Source of the DNA: a virus
Virus record (IMG/VR): IMGVR_UViG_3300009773_000002
Direction: 5' to 3' (one strand)
Length of the DNA: 42,854 nucleotides
Part shown: piece by piece, positions 16,531 through 25,607 of the stretch
Numbering within the stretch: position 1 is the first letter of the stretch
How the letters are laid out: every line of letters begins with the position of its first letter
Program-made: the position numbers and the translations under genes
The notes under the pieces: model-generated
Databases searched by the model: none
The model's input: the letters and a program-made list of their open reading frames with translations, nothing else
Told to the model about the DNA's origin: nothing

Positions 16531-16541
16531 AATTTTCTCCC

Positions 16542-16829
16542 CTACTTATTTGAATTCATTTTTTCCAGTCTTTGGAACGTTACTTCGTATCCGCCCATTG
16601 CAGATGTTGCAACTAACACCGAGTTGAGAACCGCGATCCCATAGGCAGAAAGGTTGTTTCTGTCTGTAAAAGCAACAACGCACAATAAAATAATAAGCGC
16701 CACAATCCACGCAAATAGACGCGTGTCAATCGCCTTGGGAATTACACCCTTAAAGTATTGAACGATAAGAAGCGTTGCGGCAGATGCTCCGGCAAATGTT
16801 CCAAGTCCGATCCAAGTAAAAAATTCCAT
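16542..16829 (-). CDS. Holin (95 aa, about 3 transmembrane segments)
   Basis: Hydrophobic stretches WIGLGTFAGASAATLLIVQYF, LFAWIVALIILLCVVAF and YGIAVLNSVLVATSAMGGY. GGAGG RBS. Directly upstream of the endolysin. Confidence 0.7.
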   Translation of the reverse strand: MEFFTWIGLGTFAGASAATLLIVQYFKGVIPKAIDTRLFAWIVALIILLCVVAFTDRNNLSAYGIAVLNSVLVATSAMGGYEVTFQRLEKMNSNK

Positions 16830-16864
16830 GTGTGTGTACCTCCGTTTACAATATATTTTTTTCT

Positions 16865-19800
16865 TTATTTAGCATTTTCGTCGGCAAATGCTAAGCCGAT
16901 AGTTGCCATGTCGTTATAGTATTCGATTGCATTATACATTATTTCTATTTCGTCGTCAGCAAGCCATTCTTTCAAAGCGGCTTTTTCTTCGGCATCTAGT
17001 CCATATAGCGGATTCATAGACGAAAAACTTGTTTTCATCCCTGATTTAGTGCCGCCCAAAACAATATATCTTGCCAAGTATTCTTTGGCGGAGTCCATGT
17101 CTCCATAGCGAATCGCCATTTTATAATAATATAGCGCCGTAGACCTTTTGTTGCCGCTCGAAGTTCCGGAATTACTGATTCCGGCGGCGTCCTTAAAGTC
17201 GGACACAAGGTCTTTTGCCGTCCAATATTCCTGTTCCCGCGCGTCGGCATATTTAATTCCAAGCCGGTTGAGCAGGTATTTTTGCGCTTTATCTGTTCCC
17301 GGCTTTGTCAGCGCGTCATACTCGCCACCCAATCCTGCCATGTCAAAGACATGCTCCGGAAGGCTTGACACCGGCGCGCCGGGAGGAAACATTTTAACCC
17401 CGGTTATCATTGACTGGAATCCGGAAACAAGCGGATTCATAGACGATAGCGTTTCTATCGCGGGCGAAAGAAGGACATCCTTGAGTTTGTCTTGCCACGA
17501 CGCGCGAAGATTGATAACGTCCTTAATATCCTCTCCAATATTCCACAAGCCATACGTATTGAGCGCGTCTGTTAGCGCGCCGAAGCCTTGCCAATAAACA
17601 ATCTTGCCGTTGATTCGACCGAACGTAATGTGTGGAGACTCTTTCACGTAATCAGGAAGAAGTTTGTCGTCTTCTTCGCGAAACACGCCATTCCAAAGTG
17701 CAAGCGCGGCGAAAAACACGAGATACCCGCCAAACGTTCTGCCAAGCATATATGCGCGAAACTTCGACGGGGTTTTTAATCCTAGACGCTCTGCCAGTTT
17801 ATAGCCCATCGCCTCGGAAACCGCAGGATTTTTATATAAACAGTTTCTGGTAAGGCGAACCATATGTTTAGTTTTAATTTCGAGCCATGACACGAACCAA
17901 AGATACGGACGCATCTTGTTTGAGAAGACAGAAGTGTCCCGATAATTTCCGATCGCGTCCTCCGTAAGTTGACCCGCCTTATCCGCACGAGATTTAAGAC
18001 CTTGAATATGTGCGGGAATAGATTTCCCATAAAAGGCAGGGAGTTCGGACTTGTTGTTAAGTTCTTCCTTGTAGCAATATGAAAACACCATGTACCGCAA
18101 AAACAGTTCTCTTGCAGACAGGATATCAGAATATCTATGCCCGGCTTTTTTCAAAAACATTTCCATTGACTTGAACATATCTTTTGCTTTCTGTTTTTGT
18201 GTTTTGTCGGAAGTGGTGCCGTTTTCCTTTTCATAGTTTTTGAACGCAGTCGATTCCTTATATTCCCATTGCCCTAGCGAATTAAAAACAGAAAGCGTCG
18301 TTTCGGTAAGCGTTCCCTGTAACGCGCCCGTCTTAATCCATTCCTTCATCAGGTTTACCCCGGTATCTGCATCAATCGCCGTTCTTCCCGTCGCAAAAAA
18401 CATGACGATCGCGTTCTTTGCTTCTGACCAATATTTTTTGCGCAATGCGCCGGGGAAGGTGCTTAATGCAAACTCAAGGTCACCCGTTGCGTTTCGGATT
18501 GTAAACGGAACAACGCGATGCGGAGCAACCGTATACATCCATTTCATCGAATGTACAACCTGACGCGCAACCTTATCCACCGCATGGATATTATGAGCGG
18601 TGGCAAAGGGCATGACCGCCTTGACAACCGCAGAGGGAATCACCATTCTCTTGTTTGCATAATTCTTTTTAATGGATTCTGTCAACTCCTCGGTCAATAC
18701 ACCTTCCGTAATGTCGGAGGAATTGATTGCTTCAATGGTTGCATCAACCATGTCATAAACATATTGTTGCGGCAACCCCAAGTTAAACTGACTTGCGTAT
18801 ACGGCCTCATACCCATCCGGGATTTGTCCATCCTTAATTGACTTAGATATATCTAAGTCCTGAATCGATCCAAGCAAGTTCATCTTTACAATATCGCGAT
18901 TCATTTTTTGTAAAACAAGATAGTCGGCAATGGCCGGGTCGGTAACGTATTCGTTAATACTACCAGACCGTTTAAGATATTTTCCGAGAACAGACGAATG
19001 AAGTCGCGCCTTATCGTCGGCATTAAGGTTGTTGTACTCGATTACAATGTGCGCCATATAATCCTGCCGCGTGAAATACATCGTCGGATCAAACCCAACC
19101 TTTCGCCCGATAGCGGATAGTTCTGCGCGAACCTCATTCATGATATCGCGGCGTCGCGATAAGATCTGAAACAGTTGAGAGTTTTCAAACGCATTAACAG
19201 CGCGCCCCGGCGCGAACTTCTTCTTCCCCGTATTCGTTTCGGAAACAATTATTTTATTATATCTTGCCGACATCGCCGCGCGCTGTATGTTTTCCATTTC
19301 GAAATAAACCTGACCAATGCTTTGGAAAAGAGGAAGATTGATTTCTCCCGTATCAGGATCAACATCTCCCGTGTATGTCCCCATTTTATAGGACTCTACA
19401 AGGTCAGATAAAACAATAGCACGCGAAACAAGATCGTACATTTCGGGCGATAACGAATCGTATATGCCTGCTATTTCAGTTAGGGCAAGATCGCGCTGTA
19501 TTCCATTTACGCTTAAAACGTTAAACAGATTCTTCCGAACCTCGGCATATTGTTGTGTGTATGGCAACGTTCCAAACCTGCCACGGAAGAACGTTTCGGC
19601 AACGCCTTCTTTTATCGCCGCCATCTTCGTTTTGCCGCTCGTGTCTTTAGGGGGAAGGACTTGATTCTTTCTGTATTGCGCTTCTGCTGTCGCATTTGAA
19701 AATCCTTGATACCTTTCGCCCTCGGACATCGCGTGAAGAGTCCTAGACGGCGTTGGAAAATAATAATTGACACCACGAATGCTGTCTACAACTTCTTTGC

Positions 19801-22800
19801 TTGCGGCTTGTCGATCGCGAACAAGATCATCCTTCCGGACAAGTCTTGCCGCTTGTAGCGCGTCTAAGTATGTATTTATTTCTCTACGACCTACAAACAA
19901 CTTGTTGTACATCGTCCTGATCCAGTCGATCACCCGGCGCATGAACGTTTTATTTTTCCGCGCTGTGCGGCGATTTAGTTCGCGCCAGAACTCTGGGCTT
20001 GAAAAAAGATTTTGCGCGCGCGTAGCAATCAATTCTTCCTTGATTATCTTCTCGTATTCGCTTTGCGTTTTAGTCGAGGTCTTTATGTGTTGCAATTGTT
20101 TGTCGGACACGCCAGCCAATTCTTTATACTTTTTTTCTATTTCTACAAAGTCAACCGGTTGGACTCCGAACAACGCGCGCAATGCGGCTTTTTCGAAGTC
20201 TGCATTAACGTGATGGATAGAAACGATGTGATACAATTCGTGCAAAACGGTCTCGCCAAAATTGGAAACATTGTCTGCGTTAAGATATATGTTGTTAGCA
20301 TTATCCGTTTGCACAAACCCCGACAATTTCATACCGGACAATGATGAAATGCGATAAAGAACCAACTGCCGTTCGCTGATTGCCGAAACAAACGCGGAAA
20401 GGTCTACCGTTTTCCCTTTTATTTCCCTGTAATATTCTGAATCCGAAACAAGTTTTACCGTCAAGCCAGCATCTCCCGTTAATTGCCGCAGTTCATTTTG
20501 ATAATTTTGAATGTCTGCTTTTATATTATTGTCTGCTTGCACGTCTTTATGGGTCACCGCTGTGTCGCCTTCATACTTGTTAAGATACGACAAGAACGCA
20601 TTATTCTGGATGTCCGACGCGGCATATGCCGCCAACGACATTTTCACCCTTCCCTTTGGCGTGTCTTTTCGGGACTCGCGAATTTCTTTTTTCGCCTTTA
20701 CGGCAGGCGCTTCAACCGGCGTGCCTTTCTTTGCCCCCTGTTTGCGTGCTGTAGGCGTCTTTTTGGCGGAGGAATACTTTTCCTTGTTTTGGGCGTCCTT
20801 CGCCTTTACGGGCGCGCTAGGCGCCTTAGAAGCGATTCCGGGCAATACGTTTGCCGCCTGTTCGATTGAGTTATACGTGCCGGCAAGCAATGCGTTGCCT
20901 TTAATCGGAACGTATTGCGCATTTTTGTCCGAGTTAGACTTGCGCATAACGGAAAAAGTTCCGGGCGCGGTTTCAAAAACGCCGTATTGATATGCGCGCG
21001 TTTTCGTAATCATCTTAGGAAGCGCCGCACGTTCGCGTTTAACAGATTCTGCGACATTCGTCCCGTCGTAATCCTTCATTGCCTTAGCAAGCAACTTATA
21101 ATCTTCAATTTGCGCCCGTATCTCCGCCAAGTCTTGCCGCATCAGTTGTGGCGCAGAATCGTTTGGAAACATTTTCAAGTCTTCGACGTATCTATTTTCG
21201 CTCTTGACCAGTTGAGAAATTCTGTTTGCAATTTGAAGTGCTGTGGTTTTTGTTCCGACATTCTCTGCGATTGTTTTTAATTCGCCTACAACTTCCTGCC
21301 CCGATTTAATGGCTTCCATCGCAGATTTATAGAGGGTTTCCGTAGATGCGTTATTAACATCTTTAACAGCATTGTTAAGATTCGTCTCTGCAGTACGCAA
21401 AGACGAGTCCACCTGATCGACGTCCTTGTTGCTTTGTTGTTTTCTCATTGTATCGATCATGATGTCTTTGAATAACCGCATGTTTGTTTCTTCTTGAAGG
21501 TCAGTTAAAAAGGCTTCCTGCCCTTTCATTCGAATTTCTTTGGTTACTTCCTCAACGGTTACGCCATCTAACGTTTTATAAAACTCTTTTGTTTTCTTAA
21601 ACTGATCGACAGTTCCGGCAGTTCCTACAACAGAAAAAGCACCACCCATTACTGCGCCGCCAAGAAATGCGCGCAAGGCATCGGGAACATTGATCGCCGC
21701 AGGAGTGTCGGCATCAAGGCTAAACCAGTCGATATCGGGATCGGTGAGCGCCTTCGCAAGCAACCCCTGCCCGAACTCTGACAAGACTTCCTCCAAGCCT
21801 TCTTCTGCCGCCTGCTTTGCAAGTCGCTTGCCCCAATAAATAAACGCACTCTTAACCGGGGCAGACTTGAGCGTGGTTGCTAAAGCCTTCGCGCCAACCT
21901 TGCCTAGTGCCTTTCCCATTATTGGAAATATTTGTTCGGTTGCGGCTTCAACAGCGCCTACGCCGATAGAATATAATATGATTTTTTCTTTTGCATCAAG
22001 GTCTAGCGGGATTCCTTTCGCAATATACTCTTGCGTTTTTTGGTCGATAGCGGATTGTTCCATTGACCCGAAGTTAATAACGGCACCAATGCCATACGGG
22101 ATCATAGAAGTAAGGGTATACGGCATCGAGGAACCGAGTTCGCCCAAAAACTGAACAGCGGCATTTTCTTGTTTCATGTCAACGAGTGTGTCCATGTCCT
22201 TCTCGAAGGACGATCTTTGTGTTTTGATTTCATTTTGAACGAGTTGAAGAGCAAAGTCCGACAACCGGGAAAGCCGGGAAACAACATCCTTTGATGGCTT
22301 AATTCCGCCGCCACCTGTTTTTATATCGTAATAATCTTCAACGCCACGATCCCATATTGCGCCAATGCTTTTATCGTCACTTTTTACGAACTCTTTCATG
22401 CGCTCGGGTGTTTGTGCAAGAAGTCTTGCTCCGCCCAACAAAAAATCTGCGCCATTACCAAGATGGTTCATTAGCCCTTTTGCGCCCTGTGCCGCTAATC
22501 CGAACGCCCAATTAAAACTAGGATTGTCTTCTACAATATCTTCTGCCGCAGAAAGTCCCCATCCCCACCATTGCTTGTGCGCATCATATATGTCGCCAAG
22601 TATTGGCACGTTTGAAAAAGCAGACTTTTTCTTTGTGGGCGATTCTGAAAAAGAATAGTCTTCTTCTTCCATGCTTGCTTCATCGGTCGCATATGAATAT
22701 TTAGAAAAAACGGACTCTGGATTAAACGGGACATAATCATCTCGAACGACGCCCGCCCTTGTCGGCGAGATAAACGAAGGCGCGTTAAAGCCCGGCGTTT

Positions 22801-22894
22801 CTTGCGTATAATCCGGAATCGATGATAACGTCCCCAAGAAAGAGGTAAAATCATCGGGTTGGTTTTGTGAACTATTCACATAACTATTTGCCAT
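16865..22894 (-). CDS. Giant virion-associated protein (2009 aa) with a zincin HExxH motif; candidate polyvalent / ejection protein
   Basis: A single uninterrupted ORF. HELYH is encoded at 20228-20242. Gly/Ala-rich amphipathic N-terminal third. All + strand ORFs here are shadows. Confidence 0.7.
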   Translation of the reverse strand: MANSYVNSSQNQPDDFTSFLGTLSSIPDYTQETPGFNAPSFISPTRAGVVRDDYVPFNPESVFSKYSYATDEASMEEEDYSFSESPTKKKSAFSNVPILGDIYDAHKQWWGWGLSAAEDIVEDNPSFNWAFGLAAQGAKGLMNHLGNGADFLLGGARLLAQTPERMKEFVKSDDKSIGAIWDRGVEDYYDIKTGGGGIKPSKDVVSRLSRLSDFALQLVQNEIKTQRSSFEKDMDTLVDMKQENAAVQFLGELGSSMPYTLTSMIPYGIGAVINFGSMEQSAIDQKTQEYIAKGIPLDLDAKEKIILYSIGVGAVEAATEQIFPIMGKALGKVGAKALATTLKSAPVKSAFIYWGKRLAKQAAEEGLEEVLSEFGQGLLAKALTDPDIDWFSLDADTPAAINVPDALRAFLGGAVMGGAFSVVGTAGTVDQFKKTKEFYKTLDGVTVEEVTKEIRMKGQEAFLTDLQEETNMRLFKDIMIDTMRKQQSNKDVDQVDSSLRTAETNLNNAVKDVNNASTETLYKSAMEAIKSGQEVVGELKTIAENVGTKTTALQIANRISQLVKSENRYVEDLKMFPNDSAPQLMRQDLAEIRAQIEDYKLLAKAMKDYDGTNVAESVKRERAALPKMITKTRAYQYGVFETAPGTFSVMRKSNSDKNAQYVPIKGNALLAGTYNSIEQAANVLPGIASKAPSAPVKAKDAQNKEKYSSAKKTPTARKQGAKKGTPVEAPAVKAKKEIRESRKDTPKGRVKMSLAAYAASDIQNNAFLSYLNKYEGDTAVTHKDVQADNNIKADIQNYQNELRQLTGDAGLTVKLVSDSEYYREIKGKTVDLSAFVSAISERQLVLYRISSLSGMKLSGFVQTDNANNIYLNADNVSNFGETVLHELYHIVSIHHVNADFEKAALRALFGVQPVDFVEIEKKYKELAGVSDKQLQHIKTSTKTQSEYEKIIKEELIATRAQNLFSSPEFWRELNRRTARKNKTFMRRVIDWIRTMYNKLFVGRREINTYLDALQAARLVRKDDLVRDRQAASKEVVDSIRGVNYYFPTPSRTLHAMSEGERYQGFSNATAEAQYRKNQVLPPKDTSGKTKMAAIKEGVAETFFRGRFGTLPYTQQYAEVRKNLFNVLSVNGIQRDLALTEIAGIYDSLSPEMYDLVSRAIVLSDLVESYKMGTYTGDVDPDTGEINLPLFQSIGQVYFEMENIQRAAMSARYNKIIVSETNTGKKKFAPGRAVNAFENSQLFQILSRRRDIMNEVRAELSAIGRKVGFDPTMYFTRQDYMAHIVIEYNNLNADDKARLHSSVLGKYLKRSGSINEYVTDPAIADYLVLQKMNRDIVKMNLLGSIQDLDISKSIKDGQIPDGYEAVYASQFNLGLPQQYVYDMVDATIEAINSSDITEGVLTEELTESIKKNYANKRMVIPSAVVKAVMPFATAHNIHAVDKVARQVVHSMKWMYTVAPHRVVPFTIRNATGDLEFALSTFPGALRKKYWSEAKNAIVMFFATGRTAIDADTGVNLMKEWIKTGALQGTLTETTLSVFNSLGQWEYKESTAFKNYEKENGTTSDKTQKQKAKDMFKSMEMFLKKAGHRYSDILSARELFLRYMVFSYCYKEELNNKSELPAFYGKSIPAHIQGLKSRADKAGQLTEDAIGNYRDTSVFSNKMRPYLWFVSWLEIKTKHMVRLTRNCLYKNPAVSEAMGYKLAERLGLKTPSKFRAYMLGRTFGGYLVFFAALALWNGVFREEDDKLLPDYVKESPHITFGRINGKIVYWQGFGALTDALNTYGLWNIGEDIKDVINLRASWQDKLKDVLLSPAIETLSSMNPLVSGFQSMITGVKMFPPGAPVSSLPEHVFDMAGLGGEYDALTKPGTDKAQKYLLNRLGIKYADAREQEYWTAKDLVSDFKDAAGISNSGTSSGNKRSTALYYYKMAIRYGDMDSAKEYLARYIVLGGTKSGMKTSFSSMNPLYGLDAEEKAALKEWLADDEIEIMYNAIEYYNDMATIGLAFADENAK

Positions 22895-22906
22895 AAATCA
22901 ACCTAC

Positions 22907-24553
22907 TTACCATGCGAGCGACGAGCCGGATTGCTTCATTTTGTACAAGTTACCAAGAAGTTCGGTGTAATAATATTCACCGCTTGCCGCGACAATTTTA
23001 TTTCGCTCATTCCGTGCCGCCTTAATAGCGGCACTGACACCCTTATCATCTGCCATGTTTGTTAAGTAATCTAATGTGCTCAAATAATTTGCTTTCATTT
23101 CTAGCGAGGAGTTGAGTTCAGATGTGCCTTGTACGGTAGCATAACTTGGCTGTACATATGTATCAAGGTATGAAACGGCAATCTCGGCTTGTCCCAAATC
23201 TGATGCCATTGACGATATTTTATAGGCATCTGATTTTATTGCATTTTCTTTTTTAGTTAAAATCGCCTGACTGATCGAGTCATTATAACTTGCGCCTGCA
23301 TATATCCCGTATGCAGAAAAATACGCGGCAACTTCCTTGGAGGCGCTTCCTGATTTCTGCCATTGAGAAGCATACTCGCTAAATTTGTTTTGTTCTATTT
23401 TGTTTGTATACAATGCATTGGCAATTGCCGCCTGTTGCTGTTGTTGCTGTGCCTTAAGCGCCGCCTGTTGCTTTTGTAGAGCAAGGCTTGCCGCCGCGCG
23501 ATTCGCCGCCGCAATTTGCATCTTGCGATTAAACTCTTCCTTCTCGATTTGAAATTGAAATTGTGCAGTCGCCATCTCGTTTTCAAATCGATTCTGTTCT
23601 AGTTGTGCGTTAAACTGCGCGGTTTGAAAGTTTTGCGTCCATGCAGTATTAAGCCTGTCCTGTTCAAACTGCGCCATATTCATTAGCCAGTTTCGATTAT
23701 CAACATATTTATCATAGGCTATTTTTTCATACTCAACCGATAAGTCCATCATCTTAGCAGAAACAGCGCTTTGCGCAACCGAGGAATACATTCCTCCGCG
23801 CCCGATCATGGACTGGATGATCGCGTTTTCCACGTTAGCCATCTGCATCGCAAGGTCTTTGTCGGTGCTTGGGTCATACTCAAACGTAAGCGCATTTAAT
23901 TGCGCAAGCGATTGATTCTGGTCTGTCATGCTAGGAACAGTAACATCGCCCGCAGGAGTTCCAGAAGCGCCTTCTGTCGCTGTCGTTGTTGTGGTTGACG
24001 TTTCTCCCTGACCCGCACCGGGCACCGTTGGAACCTGTATTCCCACGGAGGCTGACCCGCCACCACCGCCGCCACCGCCGCTACCGAGAGACGGAATTTC
24101 TATCGGTTCTTGGTTTGCCAAATAATCCGCAAGCCATTCCGCGCCTGCATTGGCAGGCGGCTCAATCGCTCCGAGTTGGTCGTTGGTTAGCCCTTGAAGT
24201 TTATTCGGGTCAGTAACACCCGCGTTGATGGCGGCTAACTGTGCCGGGTTGGATGCTATAAATGACTGTGACGGCGCAAAAGGCGTAGTTTGCGGAAGTT
24301 CCGGAATAGACGGAACAGCCGGCGAAGGAACAGACATCGGAGACGGCGCAGGAACAGCCGGCGAAGGAACAGACATCGGAGAAGTCGCAGGAACAGCCGG
24401 CGCAGGAACAGCCGGTGCAGGAACAGCCGGTGCCGGTGCAGGCGTAGGCGCAGGCGTGGTGGGGGTAGCGAGCCTGTCAATGGTTTCCTGTGACGCTCCC
24501 GCGTTTGCCGCCGCTTGTTGTGCCGGATTATATTTTGCTGTTTTGCCCGTCAT
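22907..24553 (-). CDS. Low-complexity virion protein (Pro-rich repeats, poly-Gly, Gln-rich coiled coil; about 548 aa)
   Basis: Track ORF. Start moved to the second ATG, which has GGGAGTG upstream. Confidence 0.65.
   Translation of the reverse strand: MTGKTAKYNPAQQAAANAGASQETIDRLATPTTPAPTPAPAPAVPAPAVPAPAVPATSPMSVPSPAVPAPSPMSVPSPAVPSIPELPQTTPFAPSQSFIASNPAQLAAINAGVTDPNKLQGLTNDQLGAIEPPANAGAEWLADYLANQEPIEIPSLGSGGGGGGGGSASVGIQVPTVPGAGQGETSTTTTTATEGASGTPAGDVTVPSMTDQNQSLAQLNALTFEYDPSTDKDLAMQMANVENAIIQSMIGRGGMYSSVAQSAVSAKMMDLSVEYEKIAYDKYVDNRNWLMNMAQFEQDRLNTAWTQNFQTAQFNAQLEQNRFENEMATAQFQFQIEKEEFNRKMQIAAANRAAASLALQKQQAALKAQQQQQQAAIANALYTNKIEQNKFSEYASQWQKSGSASKEVAAYFSAYGIYAGASYNDSISQAILTKKENAIKSDAYKISSMASDLGQAEIAVSYLDTYVQPSYATVQGTSELNSSLEMKANYLSTLDYLTNMADDKGVSAAIKAARNERNKIVAASGEYYYTELLGNLYKMKQSGSSLAW
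24312..24434. repeat. In-frame tandem repeats: 39 bp x2 (24312-24389), then 15 bp x3 (24390-24434)
   Basis: ggaacagccggcgaaggaacagacatcggaga.g..gca x2 and ggaacagccggygcm x3, read directly. Confidence 0.85.
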
Positions 24554-24575
24554 GTTATTCACTCCCATTCCTATA

Positions 24576-25601
24576 TTATACGCTTAACGCAAGCCAATTA
24601 ACAGATATGCCACTAAAGCCAGAGCCGCCAATCGTAACTTCAAACCCTGTTGTGCTTTCGTTTCGTATTTTTGCCGCGATAACGCCAGCCGTTTCGCTGG
24701 CGATTCCGGGAAATACTTTAACCGTTGTTCCCGTTGGAAACGCGGTTGGGAAAGTAACGCTTGACCATGCAGACGAAGAAACGCTTGCTTCTGTTCCAAA
24801 TTGCATTTGTGGCAGTTCGGTTACTACCTCCGTGCTTCCCGTTGATTTTGTATGTTTGATTGCATCCGGATCAACAAGAAGTTTAGATGTATGGTCGTTC
24901 GTATTGTCGTATCCCTGTATGATTGCATAATCGTCTGCGGCGGCAATGTCTGAAAAACCAGCCGTTTTAGAAACGCCAATCCGCGATATGGAAGCCCCGC
25001 CATCGCTATCAATAAGTTCTGCCTTTGCGTTTTTATATTTAGAAAGCAATTCGCAATAATATTCATAATCGCCGCCCCCGTAATCAAGAATACGCGAGAC
25101 CAATGAGAATACTGGCATTTCGGGTTCTTCTTCATCGCTTGTTAGATATCCGAGCATACCATGATATTCTATGCCGGAAACAGAAACGTCGCCAACAGTT
25201 GCATAAAAATCAGGACTATCACTATTGGTTAGCACTTTCGCAATCAATCCGACATCGCCACCCACATTAGTAAGCCCGCCGATAAAGTCATCCGAAGTCA
25301 GATCGTAAAACCCTATTTTTTCTGCGTTCATAACCGCCAATGCGTTAAGGGCATCACAGCGAACTTCAATACCGCCAATAAGTTCAAGCAATCCCGTGAG
25401 CGGATTAAGGCTAATCACTTGTTCTCCGTCTACAGTCATAGCCAATCCCTGTTGGCTATTAACATCAACGCGCACGCGATGTTCCCCAACTAAACCTTCG
25501 GCAACATACCCTGTTTCAATTAGTTCTATTAAATAATTAACGGCAGTTTGAAGCCGCTTGTCCGTTGCATCAAATGATTTTGCGGCGCTAAATTTCCCCA
25601 T
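24576..25601 (-). CDS. Tail fibre / receptor-binding candidate with C-terminal H-type-lectin-like region (341 aa)
   Basis: C-terminal SSVTFPTAFPTGTTVKVFPGIA...TTGFEVTIGG...VNWLAL resembles the H-type lectin pattern. GAGGT RBS. Confidence 0.45.
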   Translation of the reverse strand: MGKFSAAKSFDATDKRLQTAVNYLIELIETGYVAEGLVGEHRVRVDVNSQQGLAMTVDGEQVISLNPLTGLLELIGGIEVRCDALNALAVMNAEKIGFYDLTSDDFIGGLTNVGGDVGLIAKVLTNSDSPDFYATVGDVSVSGIEYHGMLGYLTSDEEEPEMPVFSLVSRILDYGGGDYEYYCELLSKYKNAKAELIDSDGGASISRIGVSKTAGFSDIAAADDYAIIQGYDNTNDHTSKLLVDPDAIKHTKSTGSTEVVTELPQMQFGTEASVSSSAWSSVTFPTAFPTGTTVKVFPGIASETAGVIAAKIRNESTTGFEVTIGGSGFSGISVNWLALSV

Positions 25602-25607
25602 TTATCG

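Noticed and set aside
17148-22658. Numerous 60-160-aa + strand ORFs (e.g. 20511-20990, 19767-20213)
   Set aside because: All are antisense shadows inside the single 2009-aa minus-strand ORF. None has a plausible RBS.
24225-24587. Arg-rich and Gly/Ala-rich ORFs over 24225-24587 on both strands
   Set aside because: They are frame artefacts of the 39-bp and 15-bp tandem repeats inside the 548-aa virion protein gene.
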